From a virus, in the IMG/VR virus record IMGVR_UViG_3300045581_000334, positions 1-64,000 of that record: 64,000 nt of DNA, one strand, 5' to 3'. Within the stretch, counting starts at the first letter, position 1. Each line of letters begins with the position of its first letter. Shown piece after piece: positions 1-9,238 of the stretch. The notes under the pieces were generated by a model that saw only the letters and a program-made list of their open reading frames with translations, made no database searches and had not been told where the DNA came from. A program made the position numbers and the translations under genes.

Positions 1-26
1 TGTACATGTAGATGTACAAATGACAT
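1..26 (-). CDS. dnaE: 5' end of a probable DNA polymerase III alpha (DnaE/PHP domain), running off the window
   Basis: ATG at 26 reads MSFVHLHV(H/Q), the typical DnaE N-terminus. It has an AAGGCGGAG RBS-like sequence upstream and follows helicase, primase and SSB. Only 8 full codons are visible. Confidence 0.6.
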
Positions 27-46
27 TAACTCTCCGCCTTTCTAAA

Positions 47-715
47 TTACCAGCTTACATCTTGAGATGTAGACTCTGGCTCCTCGGTTCCGCCTTCTCC
101 GTTGAAGAAAGCTTCTTGATCTGCATACTTCATATCACGAACTGCAGTCTCTTCCAATTTGTACAGTTCCAGGGACGAACCGTCAAATGGAGTCTCATCT
201 TTTGCAAGTGGAATTATAGTGTAACTAGTATCTGTTTTTGTACCAGTTCTCTTAATTCTCCACATTAGATTTGTAATTGAGCCCATTTCTCCAGCATACT
301 CAATTAGTGTAGGGGTTACTGTTTTACCACTTGACCCCTGAGAAAGAATTGCAACATAAGGATCTGTCTTCCCATCATCAACTAATACATTGATGTAAAG
401 GCGTGAACGGCCTTTCCAGCCTGCCTTGTAATCTTTTCTGTGTTGCTCGCAACCCCAGCACTTACCTTGGTCTTGCATAGTGCATAGAAGTTTTCTGCGA
501 TAATCTTTTGGATTTGTATGTTCTACTGCAATAAATCCCAGACCGAATTTATCATTATATGTTGGCGAGTCTGGATCTAATTCCTGGAGAAATCTAATCT
601 TAACGCTTTCTCCGTCTTCAAGCTTTACCCAACGTGCCTTGCTTCCTTCGCCACCTGTTGGTTGTGGCTTGTCTAGTGCTTTGTTTAAGTCTTTTAGACC
701 TTTTACTATACCCAT
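47..715 (-). CDS. ssb: Single-stranded DNA-binding protein (gp32-like)
   Basis: WVKLEDGESVKIRFL N-terminal motif, H/C-CxxC possible Zn ligands, acidic C-terminal tail (EEPESTSQDVSW), AGGAG RBS, replication context. Confidence 0.75.
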   Translation of the reverse strand: MGIVKGLKDLNKALDKPQPTGGEGSKARWVKLEDGESVKIRFLQELDPDSPTYNDKFGLGFIAVEHTNPKDYRRKLLCTMQDQGKCWGCEQHRKDYKAGWKGRSRLYINVLVDDGKTDPYVAILSQGSSGKTVTPTLIEYAGEMGSITNLMWRIKRTGTKTDTSYTIIPLAKDETPFDGSSLELYKLEETAVRDMKYADQEAFFNGEGGTEEPESTSQDVSW

Positions 716-769
716 TTTATATCTCCTTAATATATTTGACGGTATATATCCGTCTGTCTTTCCATTATA

Positions 770-1819
770 TCATGGGTTCCAAGATCGGTATTCGAAATCG
801 GAAACTGCGTTATTTATGCATGCCTTTATATCTTCATCTGACATATCGCCTGCGTCTTTTGCGCCATTAGGATATATCTTACCATATGAATGCGAAGCCC
901 ACAAGATGTTTTTATTTTTTAATTTTGAAGCAATTGATACTCCTAATTCTCTACCAGCTTGATCTGAATCTGTCATTAATATAATTGTATTAAAGTATCT
1001 ATTTAATAACTTAATATTGTCATGTGATATGTGTCCACCTAAAGTTGCTACAACATTTGGAAACCCAGCCTGATGTATTCTAATTGCATCAAATGTAGAC
1101 TCAACAATAATAACCTTCTCGCCAATACGCTTGGCCCTGTGAATGTTAAACATGGTTTTACTTCGTGGCAAGTTGTTACTATTCTTAAACTTTTTTTCTG
1201 ATATAGACCTGCCAACTAAACCGACTGGAGTTCCATCTGGACTATGCACTGGCACAATAACCATTCCGAGGTTAGATGAGTATCCTAATTTAAAATAATG
1301 CATAGAATCTAAATTAATTCCTCTGTGCTCAAAATACTCCTGTGCATGTTTGTTTTTCCCTAAGTTATTATAAAGATCATCTAATGTTTGTTGCGAAAAT
1401 TCTACAAAGTCTGGCTTATCCTCAAACATAGACTTTAGTTCTTCATCAAAATTTTCTACAGACTCAGCCTGCTTTGATTCAATATATCTCAGCGCTTGGT
1501 ATTCATTTTTACCTAATGATTCTTTTACAAGGTCCATTATTGTTCCAGCTTTGCCACATGAAGGATTAAAACAGATATACGCACCCTTAGTTCGGCTTAT
1601 ACTAAAACTTGGAGTATGCCTATTTGAATGAAATGGGCAATAAGAAAGAAAGTCATTGGATGTTTCTCCAGCAATATCTATACCCAAACTTTTAATTACT
1701 GATTTGATATGGGCTGGCGTATATTCCGTTTGATTTGTTTGTTTTGGGATATACCCTCTAATTGCCATGACTTCTTCTTTCCTACATAAACTCCATGGAT
1801 AGTCATTAAGAATTTCCAT
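770..1819 (-). CDS. dnaG: DNA primase (CHC2 zinc finger + TOPRIM); true start may be the ATG at 1768 (MAIRGY)
   Basis: CPFH..C..C zinc finger, IVES.FDA, DSDQAG TOPRIM motif, KD.GD. Confidence 0.92.
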   Translation of the reverse strand: MEILNDYPWSLCRKEEVMAIRGYIPKQTNQTEYTPAHIKSVIKSLGIDIAGETSNDFLSYCPFHSNRHTPSFSISRTKGAYICFNPSCGKAGTIMDLVKESLGKNEYQALRYIESKQAESVENFDEELKSMFEDKPDFVEFSQQTLDDLYNNLGKNKHAQEYFEHRGINLDSMHYFKLGYSSNLGMVIVPVHSPDGTPVGLVGRSISEKKFKNSNNLPRSKTMFNIHRAKRIGEKVIIVESTFDAIRIHQAGFPNVVATLGGHISHDNIKLLNRYFNTIILMTDSDQAGRELGVSIASKLKNKNILWASHSYGKIYPNGAKDAGDMSDEDIKACINNAVSDFEYRSWNP

Positions 1820-1995
1820 GTCTCGCCCGTGAATTCTACCGAAAATGCTGGGTCTATGTCAAGTACCCTTACGTATCCAGCATCACGCATCTGACTAGTT
1901 AATAGATTTTCATACTGATTTCTGATTCTAATAATATCAGAATCATCAATAAACTCTACCTCAACTTGAAATCGTTTTATTTGTTTGTGAGTCAT
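1696..1995 (-). CDS. Hypothetical protein between helicase and primase
   Basis: 99-aa ORF overlapping both neighbours in operon fashion. Confidence 0.7.
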   Translation of the reverse strand: MTHKQIKRFQVEVEFIDDSDIIRIRNQYENLLTSQMRDAGYVRVLDIDPAFSVEFTGETWKFLMTIHGVYVGKKKSWQLEGISQNKQIKRNIRQPISNQ

Positions 1996-3226
1996 TATTT
2001 AATTCTGGTAAATTTTCGTAGATAGGCTTAATAATTCCACGATTAATATCCCAATCAAGGAAGAACCTAAAGTCATGTCCATGACGATTCTTTCTAGAAA
2101 CTACCTCAATCATATCTGTATTAGCATGCTTATGAATAGCAATAGCCATATCAGCATCATACTCAATAGCCTTGGACCAAGCTACCTGGCTCATCATAGG
2201 AGGCTCATCCTGATCTGATATGTCATCTGCAGTTGCAGCAGTAATATCTATAATTGGAATATTGTTTGCTACTGCTAGCAACTTAAAGTCTCGTGATATA
2301 TTTCTATTTCTTTCAACTTCTGAATTGCTGCGTTTATTATCATTAAATAGTTGATGATAATCAAGAATAACTAAATCTGGTTTGTGTTGGTCAATCTTTC
2401 CTTGAATTGTGGCAGGTGTGACTTCTGCTGTGCCCTCATTAGAAACAAGAATAAAGCTGTTCTTGCCTTCCGTCTTTTTTTGTCCCCATGATTTGAAATC
2501 ATCTAAATTAATATCTCCTTTTGAAAAATCGCTTGCACGGAATAATCCAGAACCAAGCATAGTATAAATTCGGTCACGCATATTCTCTGGAGCCATCTCC
2601 AAGGATACTATCATCGGCTTAAAGCCTTGTTCCCAGGCCTTACAGGCTAAGTATGAGGTAAACCATGTCTTTCCTCTTCCTGGCCATCCTATGGCCACTA
2701 TAAGGTGTCCTGGAGCCATTCCTGTAGGGTATGCCTTGTCTATAGCCTCAAAGCCAGTAAGAATTCCTGGGCTTCCACCCATAACCGTAGATCTATCTTT
2801 TACAGATTGATAATGTCTCTCTGCAGATTCAATGTCAGTAACATCTACGTCTCTTACATTGTTTGTATATCTACTAAGGGTTGCTAACTGACTTTGCATT
2901 ACTCCAAGAACTCTAGAGGGAGCATCTTCTTTTAATGAAGATCCTGCCTGTAACATAATTGTTTTTAGCTTAGCAGAAACAAATTCATTCTTAAGTTTAT
3001 CTAAATAATATCCTGTCTCAGCCTTAGTTTGTACTGGCTCAAAATCTTTAAACTTATCTTGTAGAATTCCTACTTCTGGAACAGCCCTAAACTTATAATA
3101 ATAACTCTTTAAGCCCTCCCATATATCTTTATGAGAGGTAAATAAATCATCAGCATTGTCGGCAAGAAGTGTGCTTATGTCTTTATTCTTACATACTGCA
3201 GAAATTAATTCAGCTTCGGTATTCAC
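1961..3226 (-). CDS. dnaB: Replicative DNA helicase, DnaB family
   Basis: Walker A GWPGRGKT, SLEM, Walker B ILDY, IEYDAD, KNRHG. Confidence 0.93.
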   Translation of the reverse strand: MNTEAELISAVCKNKDISTLLADNADDLFTSHKDIWEGLKSYYYKFRAVPEVGILQDKFKDFEPVQTKAETGYYLDKLKNEFVSAKLKTIMLQAGSSLKEDAPSRVLGVMQSQLATLSRYTNNVRDVDVTDIESAERHYQSVKDRSTVMGGSPGILTGFEAIDKAYPTGMAPGHLIVAIGWPGRGKTWFTSYLACKAWEQGFKPMIVSLEMAPENMRDRIYTMLGSGLFRASDFSKGDINLDDFKSWGQKKTEGKNSFILVSNEGTAEVTPATIQGKIDQHKPDLVILDYHQLFNDNKRSNSEVERNRNISRDFKLLAVANNIPIIDITAATADDISDQDEPPMMSQVAWSKAIEYDADMAIAIHKHANTDMIEVVSRKNRHGHDFRFFLDWDINRGIIKPIYENLPELNNDSQTNKTISS

Positions 3227-3537
3227 TCTTCTTCAACCAGTTTCTTTGTCTGTTCAAGTAGCCGTGCCCTGTTGGCAACGTCTTTATTTATTTGTATCAT
3301 CATGTCTTCAAGTCTATCAAAATTATTATAAAAGAAATTTAAAGGATGACCACTTTTACCTGTACGGAAATAATAGTTTAAAACATCCTTAGCCTGCTCA
3401 AACCCTATGCTGTCTAATACATCCTGCATGGCCCACTTTTCTTTATACTTATTTATTCTAGGCTTCTTTCCATACTTTTGCTCATAAAGTGCCATGTAAA
3501 TAGTAAGCAATATATACGGCTCTTTATTTGCTGCCAT
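3223..3537 (-). CDS. Hypothetical protein (possible helicase accessory)
   Basis: 104-aa ORF coupled to dnaB by a 4-nt overlap. Confidence 0.7.
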   Translation of the reverse strand: MAANKEPYILLTIYMALYEQKYGKKPRINKYKEKWAMQDVLDSIGFEQAKDVLNYYFRTGKSGHPLNFFYNNFDRLEDMMIQINKDVANRARLLEQTKKLVEEE

Positions 3538-3733
3538 TTAACTCATCTTCTACTTCCTGAGTTTTTGCTATTAATTTACTCTCAACAAATTTATAAACCC
3601 TGTCTGTTGCAGCATCAACTGTCTCATTATCTCGCACAAAATCATCTACGCCTATTCCAATTTTAATACTTTCAAAGTTCCCAAGATTTCTTGTGAATGA
3701 TAGATCTACACGAACCTGAGTTCTATCTGCCAT
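3524..3733 (-). CDS. Small phage protein with RNLGNFES motif
   Basis: 69 aa, overlaps both neighbours. Confidence 0.7.
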   Translation of the reverse strand: MADRTQVRVDLSFTRNLGNFESIKIGIGVDDFVRDNETVDAATDRVYKFVESKLIAKTQEVEDELNGSK

Positions 3734-3840
3734 TAGTGTTCCGCCTTTCGGTGTCTACTCAAAGTGTCGTGGCCAAAAATGCCCCAACGTAATTCTATTT
3801 CTTTCTTGCATATCTCGCAGACTACAACCCTGCTAGACAT
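3733..3840 (-). CDS. 35-aa C2H2 zinc-finger-like microprotein (not in ORF track)
   Basis: Hand translation MSSRVVVCEICKKEIELRWGIFGHDTLSRHRKAEH*; TAATG stop/start overlaps at both ends. Confidence 0.75.
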   Translation of the reverse strand: MSSRVVVCEICKKEIELRWGIFGHDTLSRHRKAEH

Positions 3841-4322
3841 TAATCCGCCTTCCATACTGGTACGAAGTTACCTTCAGTGGTCTTAGTATACAATATAGTG
3901 TTGTGTTTGAGAAGTGCTCTTAATTCATTTTTTGACGGCATATTTTTAGAATAACCTGATTCTAAAATAAACTGATGTATGTCCATTATGTCCGATTCAC
4001 TATACATAAACTTATACCAATCACTTTCAGGGTTTCCAATCGGATATACCTTTTGCGGATATTTTATTTTTCCCTCCAAAATATAATCCTCAATCGTAAT
4101 CTTATGTTTATTTAGTAATTGAGCTACTTGTTTAGTTGAATAAGCATTTTCCATATTCTTAACTACTTGAGAATAAGAATACAGTACACGCTTTTTATCT
4201 GGATAGCACCAAGCAATTAATTCATCTTTTGCTCTAGAATAATTTAATACTTTGTGTATTTTATTATTTAAGAAGAAATAGCTAAATCTTTTAGTTTGTT
4301 TTTTTCTGCTTGCTCTAACCAT
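3840..4322 (-). CDS. HTH (MerR/excisionase-like) DNA-binding protein
   Basis: YSTKQVAQLLNKHKITIEDYILEGKI helix-turn-helix pattern. Confidence 0.65.
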   Translation of the reverse strand: MVRASRKKQTKRFSYFFLNNKIHKVLNYSRAKDELIAWCYPDKKRVLYSYSQVVKNMENAYSTKQVAQLLNKHKITIEDYILEGKIKYPQKVYPIGNPESDWYKFMYSESDIMDIHQFILESGYSKNMPSKNELRALLKHNTILYTKTTEGNFVPVWKAD

Positions 4323-4456
4323 CGTCCTAGTGAACTTGTGTCCTTGTTAATCATCCACCGTTTCCCACACATTATGCAAAACAGCTCTACATGTAGTTTT
4401 TGTGAAAAAACCCTGTCGACAAAAACTCTACCCTTACACTTACCACATTTCATCAT
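4268..4456 (-). CDS. Zinc-ribbon protein
   Basis: CGKC...CIMCG. Confidence 0.7.
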   Translation of the reverse strand: MMKCGKCKGRVFVDRVFSQKLHVELFCIMCGKRWMINKDTSSLGRWLEQAEKNKLKDLAISS

Positions 4457-5259
4457 AATTTAAAAACCTTTCCATCAACTACACATGAGTAGTCTGGTGA
4501 AATTTGAACTAGCTGTATATGCGGATACTTTCCATTTTCAATATGTGCAACAGCAAATCCTTTTTGCCAATCATGATGCTGCATATATTTCATTCCAGAA
4601 CTCTTTTCATCACACATATGTCCAATTTCAAACCCACGAATTGTTTCCCCCTTGCCTTTATTTCTCAACTCATATGTTTGAAAATGTGAAGCAAGTCTAT
4701 GGGAATGTCCACGAATCAATGAAACCTGTAATGAATTCATGTCTGATCTTACTGCTCCAGCATCTGCAATAGATATACCGTGGTGCACATGTATGTCCCC
4801 GTATCTCTTTTTAGGAAGTTCATTATAATAAATATATCCATAACCTAATGAATCAAGATTCCATAAAGCCTCTGGTGTAACTATATTAATAAAATCTGGA
4901 AGCTTTGCATCTATATAATTAAATACACGTATGTCATGATTTCCTAATGCTGTAAATAATTCTGCATTTGGGCCAGCAATTTCTCTGTTCCTTGCATAAA
5001 ATTCTCGTGCACCTTTTGCCTCATGCTGCATTAGCGGAACAATTGCTGCTCCATTTTGATCTTTATACATTTTAAGAAACTCTGCAGATCTACCTTCAGT
5101 ATATTTACTGTAGCAAGCCTGATCATCAGTATCTCCAAGAATATCAACCACGTCTGGCTTGAACCACTCCATGACCTTAAACCAAAGCTCTATGGCTTTG
5201 TCATCTTGATACGGAAATTGTTGGTCGGATGAAAGCATCCATCTTAAATCATTTGTCAT
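4453..5259 (-). CDS. Calcineurin-like metallophosphoesterase
   Basis: SD-x-Q (variant DxH), GDTDD, GNHD, HHG and GHSH motifs in the expected order. Confidence 0.88.
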   Translation of the reverse strand: MTNDLRWMLSSDQQFPYQDDKAIELWFKVMEWFKPDVVDILGDTDDQACYSKYTEGRSAEFLKMYKDQNGAAIVPLMQHEAKGAREFYARNREIAGPNAELFTALGNHDIRVFNYIDAKLPDFINIVTPEALWNLDSLGYGYIYYNELPKKRYGDIHVHHGISIADAGAVRSDMNSLQVSLIRGHSHRLASHFQTYELRNKGKGETIRGFEIGHMCDEKSSGMKYMQHHDWQKGFAVAHIENGKYPHIQLVQISPDYSCVVDGKVFKL

Positions 5260-5306
5260 TAAACACCTAGGTATGAACGCAAATACTTTATATTAGCGTA
5301 AAGAGA

Positions 5307-5334
5307 ATTGTAACATTAATTTCTAAACTGTCAA
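5307..5334 (-). promoter_or_regulatory. Sigma70/SigA-type promoter for the replication block
   Basis: TTGACA (5334-5329), 16-nt spacer, TGn-TACAAT (5312-5307), in an intergenic gap. Confidence 0.7.
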
Positions 5335-5337
5335 TAC

Positions 5338-5778
5338 CTATTCTTCTACTTTATATTTAGCAGAACTAATCCAATTTACTCTAAGCAATGGGAAGGGTGC
5401 TGGGGCCTTTGTGTTACCGTCCTTATACCAAACTTGAATTTTTGGTTCAAACTCTCCTTGTACTGAAACTCTAATATCATTTGCCCCAGGATTATTTAGT
5501 TTTGGAGTGCATACAGTAACTGGGTCTTCGTATTTTGAAGAGTCCCAAGTAAAACCACAGGATATTTCGTATCCGTCTGCTTTGCCGCTTGTAAGATTTT
5601 TAAATTCTACAAAACCTGATCTGTGATGAAAAGTAAAGTTTTTTGTGGAACCATTAATTGTTGTGCTAATTAAGTTGTATGCATTTCCAGCGGTAGCACG
5701 TATTTCATTTACCTGCTGCTGTAAAGCTCTTAACTTTTGTGGATCTACTGGTTCTCCATCGGCAAAAACATCTGACAC
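5338..5778 (-). CDS. Hypothetical protein (possibly structural)
   Basis: 146 aa, GTG start with AGGAG RBS. Confidence 0.7.
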   Translation of the reverse strand: MSDVFADGEPVDPQKLRALQQQVNEIRATAGNAYNLISTTINGSTKNFTFHHRSGFVEFKNLTSGKADGYEISCGFTWDSSKYEDPVTVCTPKLNNPGANDIRVSVQGEFEPKIQVWYKDGNTKAPAPFPLLRVNWISSAKYKVEE

Positions 5779-5779
5779 T

Positions 5780-5950
5780 TTATTCTCCTAGTTTTTCATC
5801 TAAAGATTTATTATATTCTTCTTTAGCCTTTTCTTTCTGTGACAATTCAGTTAATTCTGCTCTAAGCAAAGCTATCTGAGTTTCATAATTTGCCACAAGC
5901 TGGCCTACTCTTTCTTGCAGAGCAGCAACAACTAATTCTAAATTTGGCAT
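5780..5950 (-). CDS. 56-aa coiled-coil protein (not in ORF track)
   Basis: MPNLELVVAALQERVGQLVANYETQIALLRAELTELSQKEKAKEEYNKSLDEKLGE*; fills the gap exactly; AGGA RBS. Confidence 0.75.
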   Translation of the reverse strand: MPNLELVVAALQERVGQLVANYETQIALLRAELTELSQKEKAKEEYNKSLDEKLGE

Positions 5951-5956
5951 GCTTTC

Positions 5957-6181
5957 CTATTCTGTTAACGAATCGACTCTTGCCATTTCTGCATTTAGAA
6001 CTGACAACTGATTAGCTATTTCTTCTAAAGACTCACTAATCTTTGTTAAAACTTCAGGACCTGGTGTGTCCTTTGCATTTTCTACAAGCTGATCTACCTC
6101 AAGTGAATACTTTGAATATTCTAATCCTTTAAGGCGAGATTCAATTATTCCAATCATTTCTTGTTTTGTTAATATACTCAT
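5957..6181 (-). CDS. Small coiled-coil protein
   Basis: 74 aa, AGGAGG RBS, own TGCTATAAT promoter at 6198-6206. Confidence 0.75.
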   Translation of the reverse strand: MSILTKQEMIGIIESRLKGLEYSKYSLEVDQLVENAKDTPGPEVLTKISESLEEIANQLSVLNAEMARVDSLTE

Positions 6182-6198
6182 TTTCCCCTCCTTCTATA

Positions 6199-6360
6199 TT
6201 ATAGCATTTCACGTGCTATTGTCCAAGACTCCAGCTCAGAATTAAGAAATTCAATACTTTCTCCAGTATCCTCTTCTGTTCCTACTGAATTAATCCTTCC
6301 CTGTAAGTCTTTTATTCTGCTATCAATTATATACTTCTTATATTCTTTTTCTATATCCAT
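6199..6360 (-). CDS. 53-aa coiled-coil protein (not in ORF track)
   Basis: MDIEKEYKKYIIDSRIKDLQGRINSVGTEEDTGESIEFLNSELESWTIAREML*; overlaps the stop of the upstream gene; weak similarity to 5957..6181 (IIDSRIK vs IIESRLK). Confidence 0.65.
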   Translation of the reverse strand: MDIEKEYKKYIIDSRIKDLQGRINSVGTEEDTGESIEFLNSELESWTIAREML

Positions 6361-9230
6361 GATGACCATGTCCCCCTGTAAGTAGTACCATTTGTTCCCA
6401 GCATTACCACTCTAGCTCTTCCATATCTTGCAGAGCTGCTATATGTAATATCAGAAACCTGCCCGTCAACGCCAGCTTTAAAGGCCCAATTTACTCCACC
6501 AACATTATATGGATATGTAAAGTCTCCAGGATAAGGCCTTGTTCCGCTTGCTAGCAAAGTTCCTCCACCTGCTGTTGTTCTTATTTCAAATTCCATACCA
6601 GTAATTGAAGACACGCTTCCGCTAACTGATGGATAATCACAATACCATCTTAGGAATTGGCTTGTAGCGTTTCTTTGGAATTGTAAAGCTGGAGCTGGAG
6701 CAGAAGGAGTAACAAACGAAGAGAAGAACGGTGGGAAGAACGGTGGGAAGAACGGTGGGAAGAATGGGAAGAATGGCGGAAAGAAAGGTGGGAAGAAAGG
6801 TGGGAAGAATGGTGGGAAGAACGGGAAGAACGGTGGGAAGAACGGTGGGAAGAACGGTGGGAAGAATGGGAAGAATGGCGGAAAGAAAGGTGGGAAGAAC
6901 GGTGCAGGAACGGTAACTGTTACAGCAACAGATCTTGATGGGTCTGAACTTATACCATTGCTAGCTACCACATCACAATATAATGAACTTCCATATATCG
7001 ATGTATAGTTTGACGGAGGCGTATATGTTTGAGCTGTACTTGTAAATGGAGTAGTTATGCTATTAGGAGCTGCTGGATAAATAGAACCTTGGTCAAAATA
7101 TCTCCATTGATAAGTATATGAGCTTGGAGAATTTGTCCAAGATCCATTACTTACAGTATACAGTGTAACACCCTGTACTCCAGTAGTTGGAGTAATAGCT
7201 GGGAGTGCTGTATTTACTGGTTTAGGTAATTGCTGACTTGCAACTATTAATGTTCTAGAATCATCAACTGTATCCTGCGTAGTATTTCTTGTCATAGTAG
7301 AAGTATTTATTAATGTTGAAGTTTGTGCTGTAGACCCAGACCAATTTAGAATTTCTACTCCATTATTATATATTGCAGTAGTAGATGGCTGATTATCGTT
7401 TGATAAATTATTTGCAACAAAATTTATATCTATTCCTCTTGAATCCCAATAAAATTTGGCTTGATAGTCTACAGTTTGATTGGCATCATTATATCTTGCA
7501 CCCTGCCACCGCACATAAAAATTACTTGAATCAGAAAAAGTCCATAATGCTGTTTGTCTAAGATCTTGTAGTAATGGAGCTACGTATAGACCAGTAGATG
7601 GGAATGAATAAGCTCCAGATGGGTCTGAGCTTGATCCTATACCAATGAATCCATTTGTAGAAACGTATATAGTTGTTCCATTTGTAAATGAAGTACCTAT
7701 TGGTAAATTAATTCTTCTTTGTGATCCAGTTGCCTGGTTGTTAACATAAAATGTATAATTTGATGTAGATGTGCCAGAGGTTGCTGTAGGTCTTGCAACT
7801 CCAGAAGATGTTACTGGACTACCAGCAGTACCAGCTCTAGTAGATCCAGTTTGATTAAGTCCAGAATATGCTGTTACACTATTTATAGTAACTGTAGGAT
7901 TAGTCGCTCCAGTAACATCTAATATTTTTACTGGCATTGAATTTGTATTTACCTCAAACCCATCCTGTAATGCTCCTATTGTATAAGATCCAGTAATATT
8001 CCAGCTTTGTGCTCCAGTTGTTGTGCTGACATTTGCCTGATAGCTTCTAGTCTTTCCTCTTGCAACAACGTAAGCACTAACTGCAGAATTATTTGCAGTG
8101 CTAGCTAGTGTTGATTCATAGTCTGCGCTATTTGTAAATAAATTTATAATATCGACAGTTTGATTTCCTGTGGCATTAACTGCACCAGAAACATTAAATG
8201 TATATCCCAATGTGTCATCTGGTATTGCTGAAGCCCATTCAAATAGAATATTATTGGAAGTTGCAGACACCCTAGTTTGTGTTGGTGTATTTGGAGTTGT
8301 AACAGAACTAATATTGCTAATGGTATAAGTAAAAGCATTAGGTGCTGTTCCAACAGTGTTTGTTGTTCTAACAATTGCAGTAACTCCATTAACTAATGAT
8401 TCTAAATCACTTCCAGAATTAAATACTTCTTCCATTGCATATATATAATTTCCAGAATCAGCTGCTTGTGTAACATATGAATACGGACTTGCTGGTGCTG
8501 GAGTTGATGTGCTACTCTGTATTGGAGTTAAAGATTTTAATTGAGACTCAGTTAATCCCGTAGAAGTACTTCTATACCACTTAATTGTTGACCTAGATGC
8601 TTCTGGTTTATACGCATCGGTTATATCCCAACTAGAAGAATAGCTGATTGTATCTCCTACATTAGGGCTTGTGTTATTAAGAGTAGGAGACCCGCCAGTT
8701 GCTAATCTTGGTTTCTGTCTGGCGACATAATATCTTAATGAGTCTGCTGTTCCAGAGTAAGCAGAGTTTGATGCATTAGCCCTGACACGAAATGTTATCC
8801 AGCCACGATCAAAGTTAGCTGCTGTAGTTCCAGTTATAGTAAATGTATTTGTTGATCCGCTTAAAGCAGCATAGGTTTGCTCATAATTTGTAGAAGACCC
8901 AGTTTCATTAGTAAATGCTATCCACTTATAATCATATGAACCTATAGTGTATCCGTTTGGATTCCAATCTCCTCTATCACCTTTATAAGTTGTGCCAACA
9001 CGAAGAACTGTTCCATAAGATATTTCCGAAGTTGTTGTTGTGTTATTAGATATAAATGGATTTGTATTTGGGTACACACCAGATAATGGCCATACTCTAG
9101 TCCATCCAGCATTTATTTTTGAATAAACATATCTTATTGCTGTAGACCATCCAGAATTTGTTTTTGCAAAAATTTTTGTTATAGGTGTAGACCAACCAGT
9201 GTCTTTTTTAACATAAATATCTGATGGCAT
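6351..9230 (-). CDS. Putative tail-tip/adhesin protein with Ig-like domains and a Pro/Phe repeat (PF protein 1)
   Basis: Trp-rich N-terminal triple repeat (IYVKKDTGW / IFAKTNSGW / VYSKINAGW), Ig-like units (PVNTALPAI..GSW..YTYQW), a VSTNG..APLLQDL (NIDO-like) segment, 60-aa PPFF tract. Confidence 0.7.
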   Translation of the reverse strand: MPSDIYVKKDTGWSTPITKIFAKTNSGWSTAIRYVYSKINAGWTRVWPLSGVYPNTNPFISNNTTTTSEISYGTVLRVGTTYKGDRGDWNPNGYTIGSYDYKWIAFTNETGSSTNYEQTYAALSGSTNTFTITGTTAANFDRGWITFRVRANASNSAYSGTADSLRYYVARQKPRLATGGSPTLNNTSPNVGDTISYSSSWDITDAYKPEASRSTIKWYRSTSTGLTESQLKSLTPIQSSTSTPAPASPYSYVTQAADSGNYIYAMEEVFNSGSDLESLVNGVTAIVRTTNTVGTAPNAFTYTISNISSVTTPNTPTQTRVSATSNNILFEWASAIPDDTLGYTFNVSGAVNATGNQTVDIINLFTNSADYESTLASTANNSAVSAYVVARGKTRSYQANVSTTTGAQSWNITGSYTIGALQDGFEVNTNSMPVKILDVTGATNPTVTINSVTAYSGLNQTGSTRAGTAGSPVTSSGVARPTATSGTSTSNYTFYVNNQATGSQRRINLPIGTSFTNGTTIYVSTNGFIGIGSSSDPSGAYSFPSTGLYVAPLLQDLRQTALWTFSDSSNFYVRWQGARYNDANQTVDYQAKFYWDSRGIDINFVANNLSNDNQPSTTAIYNNGVEILNWSGSTAQTSTLINTSTMTRNTTQDTVDDSRTLIVASQQLPKPVNTALPAITPTTGVQGVTLYTVSNGSWTNSPSSYTYQWRYFDQGSIYPAAPNSITTPFTSTAQTYTPPSNYTSIYGSSLYCDVVASNGISSDPSRSVAVTVTVPAPFFPPFFPPFFPFFPPFFPPFFPPFFPFFPPFFPPFFPPFFPPFFPFFPPFFPPFFPPFFSSFVTPSAPAPALQFQRNATSQFLRWYCDYPSVSGSVSSITGMEFEIRTTAGGGTLLASGTRPYPGDFTYPYNVGGVNWAFKAGVDGQVSDITYSSSARYGRARVVMLGTNGTTYRGTWSSWI
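6723..6902 (-). repeat. Coding tandem repeat (PPFF/PFF)n, 60 aa
   Basis: 12-bp and 9-bp units; on the + strand GGGAAGAA(C/T)GG(T/C). Confidence 0.97.
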
Positions 9231-9238
9231 TACTTATC

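Noticed and set aside
6723-6902. PF repeats as a CRISPR array, telomere or origin iterons
   Set aside because: No unique spacers; units are 9/12 bp, in frame inside long ORFs, with synonymous third-position variation.
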